Positions 37,111 through 47,676 are shown, counted from the first letter of the stretch. The stretch: 64,000 nucleotides of DNA from Candidatus Culexmicrobium cathedralense (GCA_025061115.1 JANZKC010000003.1:1-64000), one strand, 5' to 3'. The notes: a model not told the origin generated them from the letters alone. Numbers and translations are program-made.

Positions 37111-38064
37111 TCAACTCCCCCTATAAATTAGAGTTCCAGCTTCTCCTTTAATTGCTTCAACCGCTCGTTCTAGATCGGCAATTATTGCTTTTTCTCCACC
37201 CCACTCGAGAAATCTAATGCATGCTAAAACTTTTGGACCCATGCTTCCAGGTAGGAAGTGCCCTTCAGAATAATATTTCTTCGCTTCTTCAAGTGTCATC
37301 TTATCTAAGGGTTTTTCATTAGGCTTTCCATAGTTTAATCTAACCTTATCGATGTCGGTTAAAATTAATAGGATGTCTGCTTTAACGACTTCAGCCAGCT
37401 TTTCACTTGCCAAGTCCTTGTCGATGACTGCTTCAACACCTTTAAGCTCACCATGTTCTTCAACTACTGGAATGCCTCCTCCACCTGTAGCTATTACTAT
37501 CATGCCCTCCTCAACCATAGCTCTTATGGCATCTCCTTCAATGACCTTTATTGGATCTGGAGATGGTACTACCCTCCTATAAACCCTGCCTTCTCCTGGC
37601 TTTATCTTCTTTATGATGTAACCTTTATTCCTAGCAATTTTTTCTGCTTCATCTTTATTGTAAAATGGGCCCACAGGCTTGGTTGGATTATTAAAGGCAG
37701 GGTCGTTCTTGTCGACTAAAACTTGAGTAACCACAGTCACAACGGGCTTTCCAATTCCTTCTGCGCGCAACATGTTCTGTAAAGTTTGCTGCAACATGTA
37801 TCCAATTTGACCTTGAGTCATTGCGCCTAAAATGTCAAGAGGCTGGGGCGGAACTCTGTCTTCAGCCTCCTCCTGCTGAATCATTAAATTGCCAACTTGA
37901 GGTCCATTGCCATGCGTTATTATTAACTGATAGCCCATTTTAACTAATTGAATTAAATTTTTACATGTTTTCCTAACATTTCTGAGCTGCTCCTCAGCAG
38001 TTCCTATTTCGTCAGCCTTTTTAATTGCGTTGCCGCCCAGGGCCACTAAGACTCTTTTAGTCAT
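37111..38064 (-). CDS. arcC: Carbamate kinase
   Basis: ALGGNA, HGNGPQVG, PTKPVG, RRVVPSP, GGGGIP, AVIDKD, GSMGPK; start ATG38064 after RBS GGAGGT. Confidence 0.95.
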   Translation of the reverse strand: MTKRVLVALGGNAIKKADEIGTAEEQLRNVRKTCKNLIQLVKMGYQLIITHGNGPQVGNLMIQQEEAEDRVPPQPLDILGAMTQGQIGYMLQQTLQNMLRAEGIGKPVVTVVTQVLVDKNDPAFNNPTKPVGPFYNKDEAEKIARNKGYIIKKIKPGEGRVYRRVVPSPDPIKVIEGDAIRAMVEEGMIVIATGGGGIPVVEEHGELKGVEAVIDKDLASEKLAEVVKADILLILTDIDKVRLNYGKPNEKPLDKMTLEEAKKYYSEGHFLPGSMGPKVLACIRFLEWGGEKAIIADLERAVEAIKGEAGTLIYRGS

Positions 38065-38173
38065 ATTAAACCTCCAGCAAATCTTTAATTGACATTTTAG
38101 TAGCTCATTGAGTGGGAATTTATATTTGTACATTAAATCTAATATAAGTTTCCAACTAAATTTAATTTGGTGA

Positions 38174-38506
38174 ATGTTATTGTCTAGTTTATCTTATGGA
38201 AAAGTTGCGGCAGCAATATTCTTCCTATACTTGGGGATCTCGGTATGGCTATACTCGAGCCAAGTAGTAACTGACGTTCTGATGTTATTTGCTGGATTAC
38301 TGATAATGATTGGGGCATGGACAATTGTCTTTGGATTTATTGGTGTGAGGAGGGATTTGACTTTCTGGCTTGCTAACGGTTCTTTTATATCATTAATTTC
38401 AGCAGCCATCTTTGCATTCCAACTAACAGGGCAAATTTCAACATCAATTGCAGTACTATTCATAGGAATAGGATTACTAATCGTTGCTTTCATTTTAAGA
38501 CGCTAA
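38174..38506 (+). CDS. Hypothetical 4-TM membrane protein
   Basis: Almost entirely hydrophobic; GGTGA next to the start. Confidence 0.65.
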   Translation: MLLSSLSYGKVAAAIFFLYLGISVWLYSSQVVTDVLMLFAGLLIMIGAWTIVFGFIGVRRDLTFWLANGSFISLISAAIFAFQLTGQISTSIAVLFIGIGLLIVAFILRR

Positions 38507-38587
38507 CTCGAGATAAAAATGGCAGCGTTGATGCAAGTTTAAAATGAAAATAAAGAAGAAATAATTTATGCGTATTTTCATTTCTTT

Positions 38588-39601
38588 TTAAATTATTTCC
38601 TTAATGTTTTTGATTACGCTCCATACTTCATTTGGAATATACTTCTTTCCTAAAATAAAACTTAAAACTTTACTTTTTAATGATAGTTTTAATCTAAATC
38701 CGCAAGCATATGGATGTCCCCCTCCACCATATTTTTGAGCAATCGGCAAAAGGTTTATTTCTTTGCCTTTGGAGCCTACGTAAAGTGAAATGGCGTTGTT
38801 TCGTCTTAGAACCATAATGAAATCTAAATCCAGTTTTTCGGATATTTTTCTTGCAATCCAGCTTTTTGGAAGATTTACCTTTCGCAAATCTATGATTGCA
38901 AATTTCAAATTATTATGGGTTTTCATCTTAATTGCTCGTTTTATTGTTTTTGAAACTTCAGCTTCCGCTTCCTTTCTTAATCGGTCTGAAATTCTCCTTA
39001 TTTCATCATCGAAAAATATTCCCTGGGTAAATTTTTTGAGAAGCTTCTTTTTCCATTTGCTTTTGTAGGTTAAGATTCTAAGTATAGGGCTTTCATTAAA
39101 TTTATCTCTCAATGAATCGATATCGTCGGCGTACATTGCTATCTTCTTTGAGATTTCATCTTCCGGCATGAATTTTTCTAGAACTATTCTTGCTGCACTT
39201 GGTGCTTTTTCCATTAAAATTAGCTCAGCTATGTTGGATAACTTTTGAATGTATTCCCTTCTCCACTTGTGATGATCTATCCATGTAATTTTTGAACCAT
39301 GATTTTTTATTTGTTTTAATTGCCTGAGAATTGAATGTTCATCAATAATGTTTGGGGATATGTCTGTTATGTATAGAGTAATTGAAGATTTTGGAATTAC
39401 GCTTAGGACTCTTAATAATGATGAGGGTCCAGAGAATATGACTGAAATTGCTTTCTCATCGATTTTTTCCTTTAATTTCAGGTATCTTTTGAGAATTGCT
39501 GCGCATGAAATTCCATCTACGTCTGAGTGCGTTATTATGATTGCTTTAGGTTTTTTAAAGGCTATTTTCGCTCTGAGCTTGATTTCATCCAGCTTTCTCA
39601 T
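38588..39601 (-). CDS. DHH/DHHA1 family phosphoesterase
   Basis: HSDVDG, TD, IDHH, GGGHPYACG motifs. Confidence 0.9.
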   Translation of the reverse strand: MRKLDEIKLRAKIAFKKPKAIIITHSDVDGISCAAILKRYLKLKEKIDEKAISVIFSGPSSLLRVLSVIPKSSITLYITDISPNIIDEHSILRQLKQIKNHGSKITWIDHHKWRREYIQKLSNIAELILMEKAPSAARIVLEKFMPEDEISKKIAMYADDIDSLRDKFNESPILRILTYKSKWKKKLLKKFTQGIFFDDEIRRISDRLRKEAEAEVSKTIKRAIKMKTHNNLKFAIIDLRKVNLPKSWIARKISEKLDLDFIMVLRRNNAISLYVGSKGKEINLLPIAQKYGGGGHPYACGFRLKLSLKSKVLSFILGKKYIPNEVWSVIKNIKEII

Positions 39602-39681
39602 GCATGCTTCAATGTGAAATTTTCAGCTTAATATATTTAACTTTAAATTATTTATGCTAATTATTTTGCGAATAAAAATTC

Positions 39682-40023
39682 ATGTTAATATTCATTCTAG
39701 TAATATTTAAAAGTTGTTTTACAGATGTTATAGCGGTGACTTATTTGCTGATTGAACCTAGAAACTTAGGTTTTATATTACTATTAATTGGATTGGGACT
39801 GCTATTGACTTCATTTGGATTAGCTTATGTGGCTTATGCTTCAGCAGAGTTGACAGTAAGCTTAGGGGGCGATATTGTTGAGGCTTTTACAGCGCTTATT
39901 CAAGTTATTGCGATGCTTCTTCCAAGATTGATTTGGATTGCAATTATGGTTTTCATCGGTAGTATTGTGCTGTCTAAGGGTATTTCTCTATTAAGCTCTA
40001 AACCTTCCGAGGAAGCGGGTTAG
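39682..40023 (+). CDS. Hypothetical membrane protein
   Basis: Two long hydrophobic segments; first gene of a 3-gene run; true start probably further downstream. Confidence 0.65.
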   Translation: MLIFILVIFKSCFTDVIAVTYLLIEPRNLGFILLLIGLGLLLTSFGLAYVAYASAELTVSLGGDIVEAFTALIQVIAMLLPRLIWIAIMVFIGSIVLSKGISLLSSKPSEEAG

Positions 40024-40043
40024 TTAAGCTGCGGGGAAAATTA

Positions 40044-40754
40044 ATGATTGGAGCGACGTTGAGGAAGATATCTGCCGCATTTCTATTGGTTTCCATAGTC
40101 GCTGTCTTCCTAACACTTTACTTCATGGCTAATGACTTATCGACTTTAAGAGTCTTAGCAAGAATTGATGATATGATGGTTGATAGTGATGGAGTTCATT
40201 TTAATTTAGAGTTGAATTTTACCTATAATGGATTGCGGCCTTTAATCAATTTTAAAGCAGTGCTCTTATTAAATAATGAGTCATTCAGTTCGCGGGCATT
40301 GGATTTGAATAAAGGAACTACTATCTTCGTGATTCCATGCAAGCTTGGCCTATCCTATATTGGTAGAAATGTAACGGCATCAGTGGGCTTTAGCACTTCT
40401 TATGCTAACTTGATTCCAATTCATGTTTCACTACCTGCCAAGAGCTATATTCCGATTGAAGTGATAGCACCTGCTTCTGCAGTCTCCTCAATTGACTTTA
40501 ATTCGTCTCATGCTGAAGTTTCATGTATGATCATTGCTTTGGCAAACATCAAGCTTAGTGGAGTTGCGAAGCTTACTTCCAATGGAATTGAGGTTGCTAA
40601 GACTAACATCCCTCCACTGAAGAGAGAATCTACTCAATTGTTGAAGTGGTATGTTAGATTTGAGGATCTTGAGAAGCTTGATGCAATTGAATTTTACTTG
40701 GACACGCCTACAGGTTACATTAAAATTTACGAGTGGAGGTTAAAGGGTGGTTAG
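40044..40754 (+). CDS. Hypothetical protein with N-terminal TM anchor and beta-rich domain
   Basis: Signal/anchor helix, 236-aa open frame, overlaps the next gene. Confidence 0.7.
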   Translation: MIGATLRKISAAFLLVSIVAVFLTLYFMANDLSTLRVLARIDDMMVDSDGVHFNLELNFTYNGLRPLINFKAVLLLNNESFSSRALDLNKGTTIFVIPCKLGLSYIGRNVTASVGFSTSYANLIPIHVSLPAKSYIPIEVIAPASAVSSIDFNSSHAEVSCMIIALANIKLSGVAKLTSNGIEVAKTNIPPLKRESTQLLKWYVRFEDLEKLDAIEFYLDTPTGYIKIYEWRLKGG

Positions 40755-41226
40755 GTTAAATTGGCATAGAATTAGGAGGATATCTAAAAGAATTGTTTTA
40801 GGCGTTTTTTCAGGTTTATTTAATTATGTCTTATACTTCATAATTCCAGATTACATCTATAAGTTTCTTAGATTCATGATTTCGAGCGCTTATCCTGAAG
40901 TTGCAGGTGTTATTGGGCTTCCAGCAATTCGACCAACAGTGGAACTTTCAGCACTGGCGATATTCTTGATTTTAAGTTGCTTATCATCATTGCTTTCAGG
41001 TTCATGGTTTGGGTATTTAATTGCTGTAACTTCATCTTCTGTTTTCATGTTTTACGCCATTTCGCTCATGAATTTTGGAAGAATTTCCGTCGAGTACCAA
41101 GGTGTTGGCGTTACAGTTGAATTCTCGGTGCTTATAGTTGTTTGGTTTACGTCATTTATTTTGGATGTTTTGGGTCGAGCATTTGACTTGATTGAGCGCG
41201 AGGCGAAGTTTATCCCTACCCTCTAA
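40747..41226 (+). CDS. Hypothetical multi-TM membrane protein
   Basis: About 4 hydrophobic helices; overlaps the upstream gene. Confidence 0.7.
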   Translation: MVRLNWHRIRRISKRIVLGVFSGLFNYVLYFIIPDYIYKFLRFMISSAYPEVAGVIGLPAIRPTVELSALAIFLILSCLSSLLSGSWFGYLIAVTSSSVFMFYAISLMNFGRISVEYQGVGVTVEFSVLIVVWFTSFILDVLGRAFDLIEREAKFIPTL

Positions 41227-41395
41227 TGCCCCTTCCAAGTTTTCTTGCTGCTGCTATTGATGCGCTCATTGAGCCTAAAATAACGAATACTATTCCAATG
41301 TCTGAATTCGCCATTAATAGTACGACTCCGAGTACTGTTATTATAACGCCTAGAATCAGTATAAATGTTAATTCCTCTCCTCCACTTCTCCTCAT
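41216..41395 (-). CDS. 59-aa two-TM membrane microprotein
   Basis: Not in ORF track. MRRSGGEELTFILILGVIITVLGVVLLMANSDIGIVFVILGSMSASIAAARKLGRGIRG; RBS-like GGTGGAG; basic ends fit the positive-inside rule. Confidence 0.7.
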   Translation of the reverse strand: MRRSGGEELTFILILGVIITVLGVVLLMANSDIGIVFVILGSMSASIAAARKLGRGIRG

Positions 41396-41490
41396 GTTTG
41401 ATCTCCACCATTTAACTATACGACTTTAAGTTAAAAACTTAATGAATCTTAGTGCTTAAATCACTTTTATTTTCCCTTTTATTTAAACTA

Positions 41491-42048
41491 TTAAGTATTG
41501 CGGATGTTACTATTCTTAGCCCTTAAGATGGAGACTGTTCTTGCCATAATCTTGTAAATTAGCCTTAATGCGTTGAGGTCATCATAGCAGTGCTCTTTAA
41601 TTAATTTTAAGGCTTCTATTTCCCCAGATATTGCTTTCATATAGATTGGAGGCATATCTTTACCCTTCAACTCTATTTTCTTTGGGATGTTGAAGAACCT
41701 GGCGACTGAATCCAAGCTGTAGTCACTTAGCTTGAGTAGTTTTTTAGCATATATGCACAGGTCTATGTGCTCTTTCATCAGGATATTTGTGGGATCTAGT
41801 CCATGAAGCAAGCTTCTGGAAACTATCATGGGTATGTCGAAGCCATCGCCATACCATGTAACTATTATATCTACCTCTTCAATATTTGTAAGTAATTTTT
41901 TTAGCAGCTGCTTTTCCCCTTCAATTACGGTTCCCTCTAAAAATTCATGAATCCATTCTCCATCTTCGAACATTAGGCCGAATCCAACTATGAATCCGCT
42001 GTCAGCTGTTAGACTTGTGGCTTCAATGTCCAAAAACGATAGTTTCAT
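41491..42048 (-). CDS. RNase H-like DEDD 3'-5' exonuclease (RNase_H_2/YprB-like)
   Basis: FLDIEAT, TWYGDGFDIP, HIDL, SLD.VA, HCYDDL. Confidence 0.85.
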   Translation of the reverse strand: MKLSFLDIEATSLTADSGFIVGFGLMFEDGEWIHEFLEGTVIEGEKQLLKKLLTNIEEVDIIVTWYGDGFDIPMIVSRSLLHGLDPTNILMKEHIDLCIYAKKLLKLSDYSLDSVARFFNIPKKIELKGKDMPPIYMKAISGEIEALKLIKEHCYDDLNALRLIYKIMARTVSILRAKNSNIRNT

Positions 42049-42112
42049 AATGTTACCTCCAACTCATTTATATTGTAAGTCAGGTATCTTAATTTTATTT
42101 GAGGTGCATTGC

Positions 42113-42745
42113 TTGCTTAATTTCCTCGCAGAGGTTGTGGCAATTACTGCTTCAGGCGCTCTTTCTCCAGGTCCATTAACCATAGCTACTATTAGGAGAG
42201 GAATCGAGCATGGTTGGAAAGCAGGTTTTCAAGTATCTATTGGCCATACGATTGGCGAGTTTTCATTAGTCATAGTTTTGGCGCTTGGTTTTTCTAAATT
42301 TTTGATCTTCGATTTTGCTAGAATTATTGTTGGTATTGTTGGAGGAATTGCTTTGGCAATTTATGGTATAATGCAGTTGAGATCTATAAGTAAGGATGAC
42401 TTGGTTCATCCTCATGAAAATTATGATGGTAGTAGTGTTTGGATTGGACTTACCTTTTCAATATTTAATCCATATTTCATAGTGTGGTGGGCTACTGTTG
42501 GATTGAAGTTGATAGCGGATGCTCTTACCTATGCCTCATTTATGGGGATTATTGTTATGTACGTTGCTCACGTTTGGATGGATTATGCATGGCTCATGCT
42601 TTTATCGCACTTGGCATTTGAAGGTAAGCGGCTTTTTAGTGAAAAAGCTTATAGGCTGCTTTTAGTTGGGCTATCTTTAATGATGCTTATTTTCGCTACC
42701 TACTTTATAGTTGATTCTACTCTTATTTTGCTGGCTCAAACCTGA
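42113..42745 (+). CDS. LysE family translocator
   Basis: SGALSPGP, GH...E, NPYFIVWW.TVG; start TTG42113 after RBS GAGGTG. Confidence 0.88.
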   Translation: MLNFLAEVVAITASGALSPGPLTIATIRRGIEHGWKAGFQVSIGHTIGEFSLVIVLALGFSKFLIFDFARIIVGIVGGIALAIYGIMQLRSISKDDLVHPHENYDGSSVWIGLTFSIFNPYFIVWWATVGLKLIADALTYASFMGIIVMYVAHVWMDYAWLMLLSHLAFEGKRLFSEKAYRLLLVGLSLMMLIFATYFIVDSTLILLAQT

Positions 42746-43832
42746 TTTCATGATCGAAATAATCTTGCAATTTTTCTTTTAGAGCATTCTTCCTTCTATT
42801 GTGTTGCTCCAGAATATTTATGAGAGCATTTGCCAGCATTTCCTTGCATCTCCCACATATCAATTCTCCTGCAACGCACTTTTCCACATGTTTTTTGGCT
42901 TCATTCTCATCTGGAAACACGTATACTGTTAACCACTCGAAAACAACGCACTTATTCGGTTCTCCTCCAAGTTCCCTCTGCTCCTTAACTGTCGGCCTTC
43001 CGCCAGTAAATGCGTTCCAGACCTTCTTTTTAATGATCTCTGGCGTGTCATTGGTGAATATGCATGTTTCTGGCTTTGAAGCTGACATGGGCTCTCCAGT
43101 TAATCCCTTTAAGTATTTTGTGTAGATTGACGCTGGCTTGAACACCTTAATTTTACCAGCGATGTCTCGTGTTAATCTCATGTACGGATCCTGATCCATT
43201 GCAATAGGCACTACTACTGGATATCCATATTTTATTGTTGGCATAAGAATGTGTGCTGCTTGAACTGCAGCGTAAAATACAACTCCTGGATTTGCACTTT
43301 CATTCAATCCGAAGGTTGCTCTGACAGTGCTGTATGTCAAGTGTCTTGAAAGCTTTATGGATAATGGGTATACCCAGCTTGTTCGAGATGATATATACAT
43401 GTGAGTTTTTGATGGATCATAGCCTAGAGCGGCTATGTCAAGTGCATTGTCTATTGCATATTTATACGCCTCTTCAAGGCTGCCTACCTTTTCAAAGACG
43501 AACTTTTCATCATCTGATAGTGGTATAAAGACTTCAGCGTTCAGCTCTTTTTGCAGCCATCGAATGAAGTCGAATACTATTAGGTGTCCTAAATGCATGT
43601 AATTTGATGGTCCTCTTCCAGATACTATTGCTACTTGCTTTCCGCTCTTGAACTCTTTTAAGTACTCATCGAAGTCTCTATGTGCAAAGAAGAATCCAAA
43701 TTTAACTAATTTATATTTCTCCTTAAATATGTCTAAAATTTCTAAATTCAAAGGTTTGGCGCCGAATTCTTTAATTAGCTTTTCATAGTCTGCTTTTTTC
43801 TTTAATCCCTCAATCTCTCCAAACGCGACCAC
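42723..43832 (-). CDS. trpS: Tryptophan--tRNA ligase
   Basis: SGRGPS..MHLGH (HIGH), DDEK, DQDPY.RL.RD, AFTGG; KMSKS loop reads PMSAS. Confidence 0.92.
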   Translation of the reverse strand: MVAFGEIEGLKKKADYEKLIKEFGAKPLNLEILDIFKEKYKLVKFGFFFAHRDFDEYLKEFKSGKQVAIVSGRGPSNYMHLGHLIVFDFIRWLQKELNAEVFIPLSDDEKFVFEKVGSLEEAYKYAIDNALDIAALGYDPSKTHMYISSRTSWVYPLSIKLSRHLTYSTVRATFGLNESANPGVVFYAAVQAAHILMPTIKYGYPVVVPIAMDQDPYMRLTRDIAGKIKVFKPASIYTKYLKGLTGEPMSASKPETCIFTNDTPEIIKKKVWNAFTGGRPTVKEQRELGGEPNKCVVFEWLTVYVFPDENEAKKHVEKCVAGELICGRCKEMLANALINILEQHNRRKNALKEKLQDYFDHEIRFEPAK

Positions 43833-43936
43833 CCATCACCACTGCACCTCTTATTTTATGCAATTAAATAGATATGTACTATAGTTAAATGTTTTTTGAA
43901 ATTAATAGGTTTGTGTGCAGGGTGAGGTGAGAGATT

Positions 43937-44314
43937 ATGGTTAAGGTAATATATAAACCGATAAAGGAGGTAGTGATTTTCGAGTGCGTCTACTACCCAA
44001 ATTTGGAGCTATTTACTCGAAACTTGAGAGTCTTGATGAGGCTTGGGCAACCAGTACTCCTTGCTTGGGCTGAAGGCATCCTATTTACGCACACTTCCCT
44101 ATCGCCTGCAACTGATAAAGTAGTAAGTGAGCTCATGGAAGGAAGGGTATTTTGGCCATCAGTAGCGTACACCGTCTTGCCCAAATATCAACCAGTAATT
44201 AAAGTCAATGCACTAGAAATACATGTTGTGGACGTTTCACTGAATCCAGTTTTAAGGGAAGTTGCGATTTGGCTTAAAAATAGGATTAATCAGTTTAGAA
44301 TAAATTCGCAGTGA
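43937..44314 (+). CDS. Conserved hypothetical protein
   Basis: Strong RBS GAGGTGA, 125-aa frame; no family recognised. Confidence 0.7.
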   Translation: MVKVIYKPIKEVVIFECVYYPNLELFTRNLRVLMRLGQPVLLAWAEGILFTHTSLSPATDKVVSELMEGRVFWPSVAYTVLPKYQPVIKVNALEIHVVDVSLNPVLREVAIWLKNRINQFRINSQ

Positions 44315-44470
44315 AAAATTTTATTTCGCTTGAACTTCGCATAATCGGCGTGTTCAAATTTTTGAATGTAAATTTTTGCATCTTTCTAATAATGTTAAAA
44401 ATTAGTTAAACATCAAATGAAATAAATATTCGTTAGCCCACACGTAGCTCGGTGAATTTAAATTATTAGA

Positions 44471-45224
44471 ATGAGTAGGTCTGCTGCTATTTCTCTTGTT
44501 ACTATATTACTAATAGTTTCACTACTAGGAATGGTTATCTCCACATGACTAGCACGTAATAAACTTACTTTTAATCAAAGTTCGCAAGAAAGCGAAAAGC
44601 CTCATATAAGTACTATAACTGTTACAGGACAAGCATCCATCTATGCATATCCAGATCAAGCTGAATTGGTTATATCAATTATCACCCAAGCTAAATTAGC
44701 CGATGAAGCTGTCAAGGAAATTCAGCTAGGACAAGCGATGCCGTAGACGCTTTAATTAAATTAGGAATTTCAAAAAGCGATATTGAGATAATTCGATATT
44801 CTCTAGTTCCCATATACTACTATTCGTCTAAAGTAACATTGATAACTGGTTATAAATTTATCTACGAACTTTAAATAACAGTCCAACCCATCGATATTCT
44901 AGGCAAAGTGATGGATGAATCTGTAACTGCAGGTGCAAATAGAATTTCCTACATAGTATTTAAGCCGTCGGAAGAAAGCTCAAAGAGCTAAGAAATGAAG
45001 CATTGCGAAAAGCTTTAGAAAATGCAGTTGAAAAAGCCAATATAATGGCTGAAGTACTTAACATTCATTTGACTAGAGTTCTTCAAGTAACTGAAAACGT
45101 ATTTCAACCAAGTTGGAAACATTATTACGTTGAATATGGTGTGGTTGAAAGTGAAACCCCAATAATTCCAGGAGAATTCAAAGTAACTGCAAACGTGCAA
45201 GTAGTCTTCGAAACTTCTAGTTAA
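44471..45224 (+). pseudogene. SIMPL (DUF541) domain protein pseudogene
   Basis: Signal peptide, TITVTGQA...PDQA, AGANRI, ALENAVEKA..MA, TPIIPGE..VTANVQVVF recoverable across two frameshifts and internal TGA/TAA stops. Confidence 0.8.
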
Positions 45225-45347
45225 AATTTAGGTTCTTCTTATTATATTCTTATATTTTTTACTTAATTATTTAAATTGAGGCTGAAATATAAATTTTTTA
45301 TTTGATAACTGCTAGGATCTGATGGGCGCTAGCCAACGACTTGAAAC

Positions 45348-46157
45348 TTAATTATTAAGTTTTTTCATTAATGTGCTAGCGAGAATTTCAAGTTTATCTT
45401 TAAACTCGCAATTGAATTCCTTTGAAGCTTCAAGAGCTGCATTTAAGATTACCTTGCTCCATTTAGGTGTAATTTTAAGCAAATATTTTTCAATTTTAAT
45501 TAAATTTTTCCGATGAATTTTAGTTGCGGGTAAAGCGCACATAACTACCTTTAATATTGAAGCGAGAGCCAAGGCTCTATAGCTCAAATTTAGCTCACTT
45601 AAATTATAAACATCAAATTCATTTTCAGAAGGAATTAAAAGAAAATTTATGTATGCAAGCTGGTCCTCGATAAAATTTAATTTTATTAAGAACTCAGTAA
45701 CCTCATAGTCTTTTATGCCAATGGAAAGCAGGTAAGCTATTTTTTGAGATATTTCATAATTAAATTTTTTCAGGGATTTTGGAATTGTAAATAAATAGTA
45801 TTTCAAATCGCCGTGGAGTATTGAGTGAGCGGCTTCATGTCTTATGCAGCCGATGTAAGCTTTTTTAGGCATTTTCATCTTGGCATCTATGGAAACCATT
45901 ATTCTTGGATTTCCCAACCAAGCGTCATGTGTGGCATAGAATTCTTCAATTTCCCATAAAATAGGCATTCCATGTTTAATTCTCTCAGAATTTAAAAATG
46001 AGATCATCGAGCTTCTGCTTTCGAATATATATAAGTCAACAATAGAGGGTTTTCTCCCAGCTTGCTCAAAGCATTCTAGAATAACATTAAGTATCTCGTT
46101 AACTGATTTATCATCAACTTTCCCAAATCTTTTTACAATGATTTTACCGTTAACCAC
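45348..46157 (-). CDS. Hypothetical protein with HExxH (zincin-like) motif
   Basis: HDAW...PRI, IRHEAAH, downstream D.EV. Confidence 0.6.
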   Translation of the reverse strand: MVNGKIIVKRFGKVDDKSVNEILNVILECFEQAGRKPSIVDLYIFESRSSMISFLNSERIKHGMPILWEIEEFYATHDAWLGNPRIMVSIDAKMKMPKKAYIGCIRHEAAHSILHGDLKYYLFTIPKSLKKFNYEISQKIAYLLSIGIKDYEVTEFLIKLNFIEDQLAYINFLLIPSENEFDVYNLSELNLSYRALALASILKVVMCALPATKIHRKNLIKIEKYLLKITPKWSKVILNAALEASKEFNCEFKDKLEILASTLMKKLNN

Positions 46158-46338
46158 ATCTACATCATGTTTAGTAGCTTAAATTTTAACTTTCCCGCTT
46201 AACGTAAAATAGCGAAATATGCCGCTTAGGTTTATATGCAAGTTGAGAGCATTAAATTTTGAAAACATAGCATTGAAACTCCTATCCTGACAATTTAAAT
46301 TGGATATGCGTGGAATTAGATGATCAAGCAATTTCACA

Positions 46339-47676
46339 TTGATGTTGCGGGCATGTTCGGAGGTTCAATTATTGCAGTGTGGGAAGAATAAGCCTCTTGA
46401 AGTCATTATTGATAAAGGATGCACTTTAATGGTAGAGGGCCCCTCAACAATTGTTTTAAAATCTGGTGAAGTTGAAGTTTTTGGCGCAAAATTTAAGGAA
46501 GGCTGCAACTTTGAAGTTGAACTTTTCAAGTCTCTCCCTATTTATGCAATCAGGAAAAGCAAAGCTGAAATTTATGGCGGTAAGGCATCTCTCGTTCCGT
46601 GCGACACAATTCCCTCTGACTGGAGGAAGCTGCCTTCAAAATTGGGATTTAGAAAAAGAGGATTTAGAAAAGTTGTAGTTTTAGGTGGAATTGACGTAGG
46701 CAAGACAGGGCTCATAACCTTTTTAGCTAATAAACTTTGCAGTCGCGGTTTAAAAGTTGGCGTAATTGATGCTGATGTTGGTCAAAGCGACATTGGACCG
46801 CCAACAACAATTGGTTTAGGAGTAGTTGATGAGCCCATATCTTCGCTAAGCTGTGCGCGCTTTGTAGACGCAGTATTTATAGGACTTACATCCCCTGCTG
46901 CCCTACTTCACAGAGCAATTGCAGCTGTCATCCAGCTAATTAAAGTGGCATCAGATCGAGAGAAATGCAATGTAATTCTTATCGACACTACAGGCTGGAT
47001 CGACAGTAAAGGGAGAGACTATAAAATTCATAAAATATCTGCAATCTCGCCGGACTTCATAGTCGGAATTCAGCATAGAGATGAGCTGGAACCAATATTA
47101 AAATGGGCTGAAAGGCAATATCAAGTATTAAGAGTGCCTGCCGCTTCATATGCTAGACCCAGAACTAAAAGTGAAAGGAAAGCCATTAGAGAGTCAATTT
47201 ATAAGCGATGGTTTAAAGGTGCTACAGTTAAAGAGCTAAGCTTCGACAAGATAGCGCCAATTGGAACAACTCTATTTACTGGCACACCCATACCAAAACT
47301 GTTGCTAGATCACCTATGCAAAAATAGCGGAATGAATATCGTTTATGGCGAAAAAACTTCGGAAATGCTAATTCTGGTAGTGGATGGCGGGAGAGCAAAT
47401 GATGACCTCAAAAGTAAATTAGCTAAAGCATTCAACATTCAGAGAGTACAAGTCTGTCAATCTTCATTATTTAAGAATTTACTTGTCGCCTTCCAAAGCA
47501 AGGACAAGTTATTTGAAGGTCTAGGAATTATTGTAGATGCCGACTTTAAGAAACGCAAATTTAAAGTATTAACAAAAGTTGATTTAGAAAAAGAATTGAT
47601 AATGAACTTCGGCTACATAAAAATAAATTCAAATACTTTTGAAGAGGAAGAGTGGCTAAGAACCATTTTACCTTAA
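46339..47676 (+). CDS. clp1: Clp1/Grc3 family polynucleotide 5'-hydroxyl kinase
   Basis: GGIDVGKT P-loop, DADVGQSDIGPP, IDTTGW, RTKSERKAIR lid; true start likely TTG46372. Confidence 0.88.
   Translation: MMLRACSEVQLLQCGKNKPLEVIIDKGCTLMVEGPSTIVLKSGEVEVFGAKFKEGCNFEVELFKSLPIYAIRKSKAEIYGGKASLVPCDTIPSDWRKLPSKLGFRKRGFRKVVVLGGIDVGKTGLITFLANKLCSRGLKVGVIDADVGQSDIGPPTTIGLGVVDEPISSLSCARFVDAVFIGLTSPAALLHRAIAAVIQLIKVASDREKCNVILIDTTGWIDSKGRDYKIHKISAISPDFIVGIQHRDELEPILKWAERQYQVLRVPAASYARPRTKSERKAIRESIYKRWFKGATVKELSFDKIAPIGTTLFTGTPIPKLLLDHLCKNSGMNIVYGEKTSEMLILVVDGGRANDDLKSKLAKAFNIQRVQVCQSSLFKNLLVAFQSKDKLFEGLGIIVDADFKKRKFKVLTKVDLEKELIMNFGYIKINSNTFEEEEWLRTILP

Noticed and set aside
45300-45345. Possible C/D-box sRNA (TTGATAA...CTGA...TTGA)
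   Set aside because: C box mismatched and no C' box.
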